Below, piece after piece: positions 17,972-28,272 of a stretch of DNA of 64,000 bases. The stretch comes from Candidatus Rifleibacteriota bacterium (lineage in GTDB: Bacteria; Muiribacteriota; Ozemobacteria; Ozemobacterales; Ozemobacteraceae), in the NCBI GenBank assembly GCA_905236675.1, contig CAJOND010000030.1, positions 26,061 to 90,060 on the forward strand. The letters are read 5' to 3'. Below the pieces are notes generated by a model, which did not search any database, was not told where the DNA came from, and worked only from the letters and a program-made list of their open reading frames with translations. Positions within the stretch are counted from its first letter, which is position 1; the number at the start of each line of letters is the position of its first letter. The position numbers and the translations under genes are program-made.

Positions 17972-19363
17972 TTATTCTTTGACTCTAGCTATTAATCTTA
18001 GGAAAACTAATTTCAATATCCATCCTAATATTACAATACCTATAAAAATAAATACTATGCTTACTGTTCCAACTATTATAGGTCTGTTTTTTTCCCAGAA
18101 AATTGCGTCAAGCTTTTGCGGTATATTAACATCATCTGGTTTATAACTCAAGACCATTCTATAGTAATCTTCGGCTTTATCATAATCACCTTTCTTAAAC
18201 GATTGGTCACCAAAATAATATAAAGCATTAACCTTTAAATCTAAAGCTTGTTCATTTCTTGGTTGTAACTGTAAAACTCTTTCAACATTAGTCATTACAG
18301 CGGACCAATCTTCTGAACGTGCAAGAGCTTTTGCTTCTTTCAGTAAAAGAGTAGTGGGGCCGGCAGTAAAAAACTGAATTCTGCTATTTCCTGAATCTGA
18401 AACGATTAAAGCTTCATCTTGAGTTAAATATAGACCTCTTGGTAAATTTAATTTGCCAGGAGCAGAACCTTTAGAACTATGAGAATCATAATATTTCCCA
18501 TCTCTAGTGATTTCTACTACTCTGTTATTCTTGGTATCAGAAATCATCAAATGGCTGTCAGGACCTTGAGCAATAAAAGAAGGATTGTTCAAAAAGCCTT
18601 TTTCTCTTCCTGGTTTATCTTTGCCACCACCATAACGCCAGCGAATACTACCGTCGGATATATTCCAGCAGACAATTTGATGATAATTAGGATAAGTGAC
18701 AATTAAATCACCATCTTGTGACCAGAAGACTCCTCGAGGTTCTAAGTTTCTGAAACCTCCTTTTTCAGTTTGTTCCTGATATATTATGTCTTTTATACAA
18801 TTACCTTCTATATCTAGAATCTGAACACGTCGGTTTCTAAATTCTGCTACAGCTAATCTATTTTGGTCGTCTATGTCAATATCCATAGGCATCCAGAACT
18901 GTCCCAGTTTTTTCCCACTACTTCCAATAGTTTTCTTTATTTGCCCAGTAGGGTAATCAACTACTAGAATTTGGTCACTGTTCATCAGAGTTACATAAAG
19001 TAAACCTTCACTATCAAAGGCTAAACCAACAGGCTTTCTAAAATTAGTATTCTGTTGTTTATTAGTATTAGCTGTTTTATTATCTGGTGAAGCAATAAGA
19101 GCGTCGTTTTTAGGTTTTGGCGGAGGAATAAGTCTTACGAAGTTGCCTTCCGGGGTGAAGACCTGTAAACGATTATTGTTTGTATCTGCAATAATATAGT
19201 TGCCGTCGGGGGCAGGAACTATGTCTTCTGGTTGATTGAATTCCATCTCTGCTTTCCCTTCAAAACCCTTTGTGTGGAAGACAGAGAAATCTAGGCTTGC
19301 TTCAAGAATCCCAGGATGTAAAAAAAGAACTGAAAGCAACAATACTAAAGAAAAACGCTTCAT
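17972..19363 (-). CDS. NHL-repeat beta-propeller protein with TPR-like segment and C-terminal TM anchor
   Basis: Signal peptide. Repeated NNRLQVF/NRRVQIL/NNRVVEI/NSRIQFF NHL signatures. TPR-like region. C-terminal helix IIVGTVSIVFIFIGIVILGWIL. Confidence 0.7.
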   Translation of the reverse strand: MKRFSLVLLLSVLFLHPGILEASLDFSVFHTKGFEGKAEMEFNQPEDIVPAPDGNYIIADTNNNRLQVFTPEGNFVRLIPPPKPKNDALIASPDNKTANTNKQQNTNFRKPVGLAFDSEGLLYVTLMNSDQILVVDYPTGQIKKTIGSSGKKLGQFWMPMDIDIDDQNRLAVAEFRNRRVQILDIEGNCIKDIIYQEQTEKGGFRNLEPRGVFWSQDGDLIVTYPNYHQIVCWNISDGSIRWRYGGGKDKPGREKGFLNNPSFIAQGPDSHLMISDTKNNRVVEITRDGKYYDSHSSKGSAPGKLNLPRGLYLTQDEALIVSDSGNSRIQFFTAGPTTLLLKEAKALARSEDWSAVMTNVERVLQLQPRNEQALDLKVNALYYFGDQSFKKGDYDKAEDYYRMVLSYKPDDVNIPQKLDAIFWEKNRPIIVGTVSIVFIFIGIVILGWILKLVFLRLIARVKE

Positions 19364-19364
19364 A

Positions 19365-20714
19365 TCAATTGTTTCTTTCTTCTATACGATTGAAAGTCAA
19401 ATAATTATCTTTGCTTAAACGTTCTTCTTTTGTTTTTCCATCAGCTAAAGTAATTGTTCGGTAGGCTTCAACAGTATAACCGTCAACACCTGGATGAACT
19501 ATTTTAACTTCACCTGATTTAAGTTTATTGTTAATTCTTTTTTCTGTTTTAAATGGTTTTTTTACTTCATTGCGAGTATAAAGTTCTATTGATTCAAAAG
19601 GCTTATTTTCGGCATAAATAGAGACTTCAACCCAACCTTTTCCCGAAGTGCTTGTGATTAAAATAGGCTCATTTAAACCATTTGTAAACTTAAAGTCTTT
19701 ATAACCCCAGGCAACTGCAGCATCCAGACCACGTTGAGCATATTCAATCCCATCATATATGGAATGGTTGTGACGTTCGTTAATTTTTGCTCCGCTAAGG
19801 AGAACTGCACGATAAAGAGTAGTACTGACCTGACAGATTCCACCACCTAGACCTGGAATTACTCTGCCTTGAGATATAACGCCAGCTTCTTTAAAACCGT
19901 TTTTCTTGCTTCTTTCGCCAACAACTTTATTAAAGCTGAATTTTCCATTTGGAGGAATTATTAAACCGTTTATTTTTTGTGAAGCAATTGCTAGATTAAC
20001 GTTTCTTGCATCATCGTCAACATGACCAGGATGATTGGTTCTGAACTTAGCTAGTAATGTTTTAAAGCCCATTTCATTCATTTTTCCTGAAAACCCTTCA
20101 TTTTTTTTAGTAACAACTTTCACATCTATTTTTTGAAAATTATTTGCAGCAGTATTTGATTGAATACTTTGTTCTAATGCAGCAAGAGTCTTCTTTTTAT
20201 CAACTTCTAAACCAGAATCATTTCCAACAATTTTATCAAACATGCTATCTGTTTTTATTACTTTTGCAGAGGAAGGCTTTTCGTTTGGAAGCTTTATTTC
20301 ATCAATAAGACTTTTGGCTAAATCCCCGTCTGCTGTTATTCCAACAATTTGAGCAGGTTGATTACCTTTTTCTACCTTAGTGATTTCATATAAAGGAACT
20401 TCCTTTTTTGATATTTCTTTATTGTCATCATCAAAGAAAGACACTAAGACCTGTTTCTTTTCTTTTGTTGTTTTAGTTTCTGGCTCTGCTTGTGTTTCAG
20501 AATTAGAGGCAGAAACAGTATTAAATATTGCACTGGATGGTGTTTCTGTAGTAGTTTCTGATACTGTGGTCTTAGCGGAAGGTGTATTTTTACTAGTAGT
20601 ATTCGTTTCTACATTAGGTTCTTTTTTACTTTGCAAAAAAACAATGCTTACAAAAAAAACACCTAGAAATACAGTCAATGCCGCAACAAACAAGGGCGAC
20701 TTAAAAAACTTCAT
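19365..20714 (-). CDS. VanW-family protein with C-terminal G5-like domain
   Basis: N-terminal TM helix. VanW core GGGICQVSTTLYRA. The C-terminal part VKIVHPGVDGYTVEAYR is G5-like. Confidence 0.75.
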   Translation of the reverse strand: MKFFKSPLFVAALTVFLGVFFVSIVFLQSKKEPNVETNTTSKNTPSAKTTVSETTTETPSSAIFNTVSASNSETQAEPETKTTKEKKQVLVSFFDDDNKEISKKEVPLYEITKVEKGNQPAQIVGITADGDLAKSLIDEIKLPNEKPSSAKVIKTDSMFDKIVGNDSGLEVDKKKTLAALEQSIQSNTAANNFQKIDVKVVTKKNEGFSGKMNEMGFKTLLAKFRTNHPGHVDDDARNVNLAIASQKINGLIIPPNGKFSFNKVVGERSKKNGFKEAGVISQGRVIPGLGGGICQVSTTLYRAVLLSGAKINERHNHSIYDGIEYAQRGLDAAVAWGYKDFKFTNGLNEPILITSTSGKGWVEVSIYAENKPFESIELYTRNEVKKPFKTEKRINNKLKSGEVKIVHPGVDGYTVEAYRTITLADGKTKEERLSKDNYLTFNRIEERNN

Positions 20715-20735
20715 TTGTCTACGCTCCTATAAAAA

Positions 20736-21746
20736 TCAGTCTGTTTCTGCTTTTAAAGCTCGTCCCATTAAACTTTGAACTGCAGTTTTAACAGGATGAT
20801 CTTCAAATAGTATTCTATATAACTCTTCGGTAATTGGGAGCTGAAGTTTTAATTTTTTACCCCATTCATTTGCAATTTTTGTTGTTTCGACTCCTTCTAC
20901 TACCATTTTCATAGATTGGGTAAATTCTTTTAAGGTACTGCCATTTGCCATAGCTGCACCAAGTCTATGATTTCTAGAAAGAATGGAGTTGGAAGTGGTC
21001 ATCAGGTCACCTAATCCTGTTAGGCCGTAAAATGTTTGAGTTTGGCCACCTAAGGCAGTGCCTAATTTTACTAATTCGTGCAAACTTCTTGTTAAATAAG
21101 CTGCTTTGCAGTTATCACCTAATTCAAGTCCGTCAACGATGCCTGCACCTATCGCATAAATATTTTTTAAAGTTCCACCTAGTTCAACTCCAGTGCGGTC
21201 GTTTTGACTATAAACTCTAAAATAACTGGTTGATAGGCATTTCTGCAAAGTTTTTGCTAAATCTTCATCTGGGGATGCTATAACACAGGCTCCTAATTTT
21301 TGTTTTGCAACTTCATCAGCAATATTAGGTCCAGACAAGCAAGCTATATGGTCTTTTTTAGAGTCTGGTTCTATATTTAATATTTCGCAGAGCATTTGTG
21401 AAATTCTTCTGCCTGTTCCGCGTTCAAAACCTTTTGCAACATTAGCAATGCCTTTTAAATTGCGTAAACTTTCTTTGTGTGGTTCTAAGGTGTCTTTTAT
21501 AAAACCAGATGGAATAGATATTAAAGCTAATTCAGAAGCATTTATTGCTTCATCCATATTATTTGTGCAAACTAAGGTAGGATTTATTTCTAAATGAGAT
21601 ACAAAATAGGGATTATGTCTATCGGTGTTAATTCCAGCAACTACTTCTGGTTCTCTAGCCCAGAGCATTACTTCATGACCATTATTGCTAAGAAGGTTAG
21701 CTAAAGTTGTTCCCCATGATCCAGCACCAATAACAGCAAATTTCAT
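20736..21746 (-). CDS. gpsA: NAD(P)H-dependent glycerol-3-phosphate dehydrogenase
   Basis: MKFAVIGAGSWGTTLA, GTLKNIYAIGAG and the conserved C-terminal domain. Confidence 0.95.
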   Translation of the reverse strand: MKFAVIGAGSWGTTLANLLSNNGHEVMLWAREPEVVAGINTDRHNPYFVSHLEINPTLVCTNNMDEAINASELALISIPSGFIKDTLEPHKESLRNLKGIANVAKGFERGTGRRISQMLCEILNIEPDSKKDHIACLSGPNIADEVAKQKLGACVIASPDEDLAKTLQKCLSTSYFRVYSQNDRTGVELGGTLKNIYAIGAGIVDGLELGDNCKAAYLTRSLHELVKLGTALGGQTQTFYGLTGLGDLMTTSNSILSRNHRLGAAMANGSTLKEFTQSMKMVVEGVETTKIANEWGKKLKLQLPITEELYRILFEDHPVKTAVQSLMGRALKAETD

Positions 21747-21983
21747 TTGTTTCCCTCCATATCTAATTTTCTTTAGATTTGATTTGCTTAATCTTTTTAT
21801 AATTTTTAAGCATTATAAAATTTGTACCAAATTTTATCAAGAGGGAAAAGGAATGAACCAAAGCAAACGCATTAAATATTATTATTTTTTCAAAACGAAG
21901 TCCATCTAGTAAAGAAAATTAATGATTTGCCCTTATGTTGAATGACCAGAGAAAATTCTTTAGGTTAGTGTAGATAATTTGTT

Positions 21984-24392
21984 TTAGAATTCATCATATT
22001 CTTCTTCCGTGGCACCAAGATCTTCCCAAGATAAGACTATATAACTGGTAAGTTCTAATGGGTCGTTGCCGTAGTTATCTAAAAATGGTAGGGTATCATC
22101 GTATATTTTGCGTCTTGTAGGGGGATAATAAGTATTTCCTGTGTTAGTTGGATGTTTTACAACATCAGGATTTAATCTAAGATTTGTTTCCGAACCAAAT
22201 GTTCTGTGTAAAAATCCTGAAGTAGTCGTACACCATGGGGTAACATATTTACTTGTTAATGATGAGTATCCAATTTCGTCATAATATTTTTCTACATCAG
22301 GACCTGCATAACAGGTATTGGCTTGAACACCGTATGATATAAACATTCCATTTGTTGTCATTTCGGGGTAGCATAAATATCCATATCCTTCTTCTTTAAT
22401 AGTTTTACTACCATAACTATTTCCAGTCATTTTATCTCTTAGATTAAACAGAAGTTTATAAATTCCCTGAGTAGGTTTACCTAATCCATGTGGTTCATCA
22501 CTAGATGATTCTATCGCCATTGCGGAAGCACTAGGTTTCCCTTTTATACCTTCTTCTTCAAAGTCTTTAACATAAAGTTTCCATGTTTCTTCTGTTAATT
22601 TTTCTAAAGCTTCGTCATTGAATTTACCTTCATCAGAATACCCATTATAAACATCCGCTAATTTAGTAATTAATTCTTCTGAATTGGCAATTTTAAAATC
22701 ATTAGTGAAAGAGGATATATTTGCTTTAAAAGCATCTAGTGAGGAAGAAGCAGTTATTGTCATAAATTGACAATCATTAGGATCAAATACTTTTTTGGCT
22801 TCATTTTCATCTGCTGTATCACTAATAGCTTTTGCTAATTCATATTTCAAATAAGGATATAATTCGTTTTCAAAGCAATCAACAGGACTTCTATGGTCAA
22901 AAACAATTCTTTCTTTTGCTATTATTGTAGCTGCAACATGGTGTTTCTGCCCTTCTGGCAAATCTTTATCTTTTTTAAATAGATTTAAAGAATCTTCACA
23001 ATAATCTATTGAATTTAAAGCATTTTCTCCAGATTTATAAATCTGTGGAAAACCATATCTTTCTTCAATGCCATTTTCTTTGTGACCAGCTTGATTAAAA
23101 TCACCAGCTATAAACACATTTTTTTCACTGACAATTCTAATATCTTTTGGAGGATTTCCTTTTATTACTATATCTTTATCTGAATATATATAGCCATTAG
23201 AAGGTAAATCATTAACGTTAACTTTGCTTTCATGGATGCTATTTCCAAAATCAAGATAAACTACATCGATAGTGGTTTCTGATTTACCGCTAACTCCATC
23301 TATAAAACCCTTATGAATACAATATTGTGCGATATAAGGACTAGTGTTAAATCCACCTTTTTGTGCTTCGTCTTTATATTCTTTAAAATCTCTAGCCATG
23401 GACTCAGGATCTATATTCACACCATCATTTCTATCTTTTATCCATGGTTTAAGATCTTCTGGAATAGTTGGTTTAGTATCTTTTAACGATTGTGGGAACT
23501 CTCCATATTTTTCAGCATCAGAACTTGAATATCCACTATGTCCTGTAGGAAAAGATGAATTTGGCTGAATAGTTAACGATTTTTCTACACCAGTTTTACT
23601 TTTAAAATTTGCATCGATATCGCTATAAAAATATATCCAACCTTTTCCACTAAGAATAGCATTAATATTATTTAATTCTTGAGTTGTACCATGCGAAGCA
23701 CTATTATGTGCACTATTCATTATTCGGCTTATTTCAATTCCTTTATCTCCATATAAATGACCTACAGAAAAAACATTTTTCCCAGAACTATCATTGGTTT
23801 GACCATAAATTAGAGATAGAACTCCACCATCATACATCAAAAATTCTCTTGTCGGATAACGTCTGTTTATTACTGCTATAATTCTTCGAACAACATTATC
23901 ATAAATACCTAAGGATTCTATTTTTACATAAGCTTTGCTTTCATCTATTGCAGGAGTGTTCGGATTATCATCATAAGGTATAGAACCAACTCTAATTTTA
24001 AACTCACCATCTCCTAGTCTACCAGAAAGAGTACCTTGACCGCTGTCATTATCTATCATAAAACCATGATCAGATTTGTGATAGATATTACTGGTATTTT
24101 CTTCCAGATTATTTTCCCAGGAAACTTCTCCGTCCCAATCTAACGATTTTTCAGAGGGGTTCAACTTTACTTCATGAGTAGCAAATGTTGCATTTCTTTG
24201 AAGTTGGGCTAAAGCAATTTCTAGACCGGCTTCTGCTAAGGCAAAAGCTTTGACCTTTTTACTTTCCTGAATAATTGTTTGAGTACGATATTGTGAAAAA
24301 GAAAAGACGGCAATAATTATTATCATTAATATTGTTCCTAAACCTATTGCAGTTATGATTGCAGAACCTTTTTTATTTATATGGTCAATCAT
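21984..24392 (-). CDS. PilX_N/GspK-like minor pseudopilin with about 700-aa C-terminal extension
   Basis: N-terminus KGSAIITAIGLGTILMIIIIAVFSF...ALAEAGLEIALAQL matches the PilX N-terminal pattern. It is the last gene of a three-gene pseudopilin operon. Its start overlaps the upstream stop. Confidence 0.6.
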   Translation of the reverse strand: MIDHINKKGSAIITAIGLGTILMIIIIAVFSFSQYRTQTIIQESKKVKAFALAEAGLEIALAQLQRNATFATHEVKLNPSEKSLDWDGEVSWENNLEENTSNIYHKSDHGFMIDNDSGQGTLSGRLGDGEFKIRVGSIPYDDNPNTPAIDESKAYVKIESLGIYDNVVRRIIAVINRRYPTREFLMYDGGVLSLIYGQTNDSSGKNVFSVGHLYGDKGIEISRIMNSAHNSASHGTTQELNNINAILSGKGWIYFYSDIDANFKSKTGVEKSLTIQPNSSFPTGHSGYSSSDAEKYGEFPQSLKDTKPTIPEDLKPWIKDRNDGVNIDPESMARDFKEYKDEAQKGGFNTSPYIAQYCIHKGFIDGVSGKSETTIDVVYLDFGNSIHESKVNVNDLPSNGYIYSDKDIVIKGNPPKDIRIVSEKNVFIAGDFNQAGHKENGIEERYGFPQIYKSGENALNSIDYCEDSLNLFKKDKDLPEGQKHHVAATIIAKERIVFDHRSPVDCFENELYPYLKYELAKAISDTADENEAKKVFDPNDCQFMTITASSSLDAFKANISSFTNDFKIANSEELITKLADVYNGYSDEGKFNDEALEKLTEETWKLYVKDFEEEGIKGKPSASAMAIESSSDEPHGLGKPTQGIYKLLFNLRDKMTGNSYGSKTIKEEGYGYLCYPEMTTNGMFISYGVQANTCYAGPDVEKYYDEIGYSSLTSKYVTPWCTTTSGFLHRTFGSETNLRLNPDVVKHPTNTGNTYYPPTRRKIYDDTLPFLDNYGNDPLELTSYIVLSWEDLGATEEEYDEF

Positions 24393-25045
24393 TATTCAGG
24401 CATTGCTCCCCTTTCTTTAACACTAATAACACATTCATTAGTATACTTATCGCTTTCTGTATGACCTATTTTTATTTTTATATAGGTATTGCCTTGACGA
24501 ATAGCATCTGGATCTTCTTTTTTATAAAAAATACATTCATCTATAGCATGAAGTACTTCATAATCTTTTTTTTCTTCAACATATTTTTTTTCATTAATAT
24601 AAACCATAAATCTTCTAAGATTCCATTTCCCGGGAACATCCTCGCAAGGCACTACATAATAAGTTATATCATTGGTTGAATAATTTACTTCGTCATCAGG
24701 AATTTCATCTGGTTTTCTAGAAAAATCATAATTGAGTTTGATTAATTGCAATTTATTTTCTGATTCATCAATAGGATCTGATTCTGTTGTTGTTAATTCT
24801 TCAATTTGGGACTCAGTTAAAACAGGAGGATAGGAAGCAATAGAATTGGCTTCTCTTATGTCGTTTGTTATTCTTATCAGCGTTTTATCTAACTCATCGT
24901 TAATGACATGGTTTTCCAGTATTTCTTTAGCATTTTTTCGGCTAGCAGAATAAACATGCCATATTGCTGTTAAAATCAACGACATAATTATTAAACCAAC
25001 CATTAATTCAACAACAGTAAAGCCCTTCCTATGCATGAATATCAC
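24392..25045 (-). CDS. minor pseudopilin (GspJ/PilW-like size)
   Basis: Prepilin N-terminus HRKGFTVVELMVGLIIMSLILTAIW. 217 aa. 4-nt overlap with the upstream gene. Confidence 0.75.
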   Translation of the reverse strand: MIFMHRKGFTVVELMVGLIIMSLILTAIWHVYSASRKNAKEILENHVINDELDKTLIRITNDIREANSIASYPPVLTESQIEELTTTESDPIDESENKLQLIKLNYDFSRKPDEIPDDEVNYSTNDITYYVVPCEDVPGKWNLRRFMVYINEKKYVEEKKDYEVLHAIDECIFYKKEDPDAIRQGNTYIKIKIGHTESDKYTNECVISVKERGAMPE

Positions 25046-25524
25046 CTCGGAGAAAGAATAGTATGAATATCTAGGTGATGTTCTTTCCCATCTTTCCCTT
25101 TGTATTCAATACGATATTTAAAAGCATATATTTTGGGAATAGCTTCCGAACCTGAATTTATGCTAGAAATAGAGTCTATGCTAGTATATTTTTTATCTCT
25201 AGAAATTTTATAGGTGATTCCATTCATTTCATAGGTATTATATTCGTTATCTTCTTCGTTTTGAAGCTTATATTCAAAAGTCTTCTTATATTCCTCAGTA
25301 TTTGATTGGTATCTATCTGAGTCAAGCATATTAAATGGGAAAGATTTCGCTATTTCGAGCATTTTATTAGCAAGAAAAGCAGCTTGAGAGTGGTCTCTTG
25401 TGGCTGTAACTGTTTGAGTCTGACTAATAACAACATTTAAAGAAGGAATTAAGATTAGTGCCAATAATATGACACCAATCATTACTTCAACTAAAGATAC
25501 TGCTTTTTTATTATTTATACTCAT
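25042..25524 (-). CDS. minor pseudopilin (GspI-like size)
   Basis: N-terminus NKKAVSLVEVMIGVILLALILIPS, a prepilin-like hydrophobic helix with Glu at +5. 160 aa. Confidence 0.65.
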   Translation of the reverse strand: MSINNKKAVSLVEVMIGVILLALILIPSLNVVISQTQTVTATRDHSQAAFLANKMLEIAKSFPFNMLDSDRYQSNTEEYKKTFEYKLQNEEDNEYNTYEMNGITYKISRDKKYTSIDSISSINSGSEAIPKIYAFKYRIEYKGKDGKEHHLDIHTILSPR

Positions 25525-25525
25525 A

Positions 25526-26788
25526 TTAATCAGGATATATTAAGAATTCTTTTCGAGATTGAGCAAATCCATTTAATGTTTGCTGAGTAGATGAATAAAT
25601 TTGCATTAAAGGTTTGTTTGAGGTTATAGATTCTCTTACCATTGCAGAACCAGCTAAGGAATCTATTGCTTCTGCAGCAGCCTGATTCTGTAACGGAATT
25701 CTATCAGGATAAAGTTCAAAAAGAGTTTTTAGTATGGCTGTTCCTGTAAGAAATGGATCAAATATGTTTTTTTGTGTTATTACTATTTCTATACCACTTG
25801 TAGTTTGACCAGAATATAGACCATAGTATGGCTTTTCTTGAGCAGAAATAAATCTAACTCCAGGAAGATTGTATTCTTCAAGTTTTTCCGTAAGTATTTC
25901 ACCGTCTATCCAAGGTGCTAGAATATAATGGAATGGTCTGTTTGTTCCAACACCAGTTGAAAATACCCCAATTTCTCCAATGAATCCAGTTGCTGCATAA
26001 TATAGAGGAGTAGTTGGTTCAGGTATAAAATCGGAAGGTGGAACCCAGTGTAATCCGGTATCAGAATAAGTCATACTTCTTCTATAACCTTCCATACCTA
26101 TTATTGTAAGGTTAGCTCCTAAGCCAAATACTTTATTAAAATAAAGAGCGAGCTCGGCTATAGTCATACCATAAGTAAGGGGTATTGGATATACCCCGAA
26201 TCTACTTCTCAAAGATACTTCCAATACAGGCCCTGATAGTAATTTTCCACCGATAGGGTTAGGTCTATCTAGTAGGATTACTGGTAGCTGAACTTCTCTT
26301 GCAACATCAAGGAGTTGAGCCATTAGTGTGACATATTTATAATATCTTATTCCAATATCTTGAAAGTCTATAACTATGACATCTATATTGTTGAATAATT
26401 TTGCAGCAGGTTTTTGGAGCGGATCAAGTATTTCTACTACTTTAGCATTAGTTAGAGCGTCAAATTTCCCTTCACTTTCAGCTTTTCCAGGAATAGATTC
26501 ACGAAAAAAATGATCTCCGGTGATTATTAGTTTTATTTCGGCGGCCTTAGCAAGTCGGTCGACTGTATGAAGAAGATTAGCGTCTAAAGCTGATTTTGAA
26601 GTAAGAACGGCTAATCTCTTTCCTTTAACTAATGTTGGATGTTGAGTGGCTAAAACATCAATTCCTACTTTGACAGCAGCGAAACTTGGAATGGTTAGGA
26701 TAATCAATAATGCAACTATTATTGATATTTTAAAATTATACAATTGTCTCATAATATATATTCTAATTAAAAATAGGCATTGTTTCAA
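25526..26788 (-). CDS. DUF1343 family protein (NamZ-like exo-beta-N-acetylmuramidase), secreted
   Basis: VGIDVL...GKRLAVLTSKSALD, ILLDRPNPIGG and other DUF1343-like blocks. The likely true start is the ATG at 26752, which gives a signal peptide MRQLYNFKISIIVALLIILTIPSFA. Confidence 0.6.
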   Translation of the reverse strand: MKQCLFLIRIYIMRQLYNFKISIIVALLIILTIPSFAAVKVGIDVLATQHPTLVKGKRLAVLTSKSALDANLLHTVDRLAKAAEIKLIITGDHFFRESIPGKAESEGKFDALTNAKVVEILDPLQKPAAKLFNNIDVIVIDFQDIGIRYYKYVTLMAQLLDVAREVQLPVILLDRPNPIGGKLLSGPVLEVSLRSRFGVYPIPLTYGMTIAELALYFNKVFGLGANLTIIGMEGYRRSMTYSDTGLHWVPPSDFIPEPTTPLYYAATGFIGEIGVFSTGVGTNRPFHYILAPWIDGEILTEKLEEYNLPGVRFISAQEKPYYGLYSGQTTSGIEIVITQKNIFDPFLTGTAILKTLFELYPDRIPLQNQAAAEAIDSLAGSAMVRESITSNKPLMQIYSSTQQTLNGFAQSRKEFLIYPD

Positions 26789-26905
26789 GTTATATTAACA
26801 AATCTATACATTAAAGCTAAATAATATACGAAAATAAAAATCTATTTGTTTCATTAAAAATGTTAAGACAGTAGTCGATAAAAAAGAAAATTTTGTTAAT
26901 TAACT

Positions 26906-28204
26906 ATGAAAGCATTTTTTAAAACAATTATTATATGTATGGCTGATTCGGTTATTTTTGCTCAGCCATATGATTTGCTTTTCCCGACAGACGAAAGCCC
27001 AGATTCGCTTACCAGAGAAGTTCGTGATTTGCACGACATAGAAAGAGATCTTGCTCTAGAAAAAATGACAAGAGAACCTAATAAGGTTGATGCATATATT
27101 GAACTTGCTGATTTAAGAAGAAGACAAGGAAAATTACAAGAAGCAAAACGATTCTATGAAATGGCCTTAAAGATTTCTCCTGACAACTATTTGGCAAATC
27201 AAGGTTTAATGCAGACTCATTATTTGTTAGGTGAATTTCAAGAAGCTAGAAATAGGATGGATAATGTTATTCAGCTTAATCCTCTATCATTAGAAGAAAA
27301 AAGTGAATTTAACCGCTATCGTCAAAGACTTCAAGATGAAGCTAGAGTAGGGGTTAGTGTTTATGAAGATGATAGGAATTTAAGTGAAATAATGTACTTT
27401 GCAGAAATGAATTTTCATAGTTCCGAATATAGAAAATTAAAAACTAATTTAAGATATGAAGGATGGAATTTCGAAGACAATGTTCAAAAACAGCATGTGG
27501 ATGTCTTCCTCGGCAGTATGTATTATGAATTTGATGATAATACAAATATTACGGGCACTTTTGCACCCGAGATGTTTGATAAAAATAAGAATTTAAACGG
27601 TTTTTCATTTGAAGGAAGTGCTGGAACAGATAATTTAAAGATTGCTTTAAAATTAGGTCGAAATGGTTTTAGAGAAAATCTTTTTACTATTCAGAATAGG
27701 TATTCAGAAGACAATGCATCAATTTGTCTGTTTGGGGATTTACATCCTAGAACTAGATTAATTCAGAATATTTCGCTATCTGAAATTTCTGATGACAATA
27801 GTAAAAGACGTTATGATACTGAGATTATTCATAGCATTTTCAAGAAAAAAGCACCATTTATGACTGCATCTATAAGATTTTATCAATCCAGTTATGAATT
27901 TCAGACCGATACAGATGGAAACTTTTTAAATTATTGGGCTCCTTCTGACTATAAAGGTGGAGAATTGACGTTATCCTGGGAACGTTCAGTAGGTTCTAAA
28001 TGGTGGTGGGGATTAGATGCTAAATATACTTATAATAGATACCGTTTTGATACAGATGAAGATGTAGATGATAGCGGAGCTGGTGCAACTTTGTTTGTTA
28101 ATTACAAGTTACCAGGTGGAGATATTTATGCTTCTTTAGGAGATCGTATAAACAGTTATTTTAGAGAAAGAAGATTCGATCTTCAAGGTTCGTTTAGCTT
28201 TTAA
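26906..28204 (+). CDS. TPR-containing outer-membrane beta-barrel protein
   Basis: Signal peptide and N-terminal TPRs. The C-terminal half has alternating amphipathic strands and ends in the aromatic residue F (LQGSFSF), typical of OMPs. Confidence 0.55.
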   Translation: MKAFFKTIIICMADSVIFAQPYDLLFPTDESPDSLTREVRDLHDIERDLALEKMTREPNKVDAYIELADLRRRQGKLQEAKRFYEMALKISPDNYLANQGLMQTHYLLGEFQEARNRMDNVIQLNPLSLEEKSEFNRYRQRLQDEARVGVSVYEDDRNLSEIMYFAEMNFHSSEYRKLKTNLRYEGWNFEDNVQKQHVDVFLGSMYYEFDDNTNITGTFAPEMFDKNKNLNGFSFEGSAGTDNLKIALKLGRNGFRENLFTIQNRYSEDNASICLFGDLHPRTRLIQNISLSEISDDNSKRRYDTEIIHSIFKKKAPFMTASIRFYQSSYEFQTDTDGNFLNYWAPSDYKGGELTLSWERSVGSKWWWGLDAKYTYNRYRFDTDEDVDDSGAGATLFVNYKLPGGDIYASLGDRINSYFRERRFDLQGSFSF

Positions 28205-28216
28205 ATTTATTAACAT

Positions 28217-28259
28217 AAAAAAACAGCCTAGACTTAAAGACTAGGCTGTTTTTTTTTTT
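28217..28259. terminator. bidirectional rho-independent terminator
   Basis: A-run, CAGCCTAG, loop, CTAGGCTG, then an 11-T run, lying between convergent genes. Confidence 0.8.
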
Positions 28260-28272
28260 CTAATAATAGATG

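Noticed and set aside
20380-20778. 132-aa plus-strand ORF
   Set aside because: It is antisense to the Thr/Ser-rich N-terminal region of the VanW-family gene and crosses into gpsA, so it is a shadow ORF.
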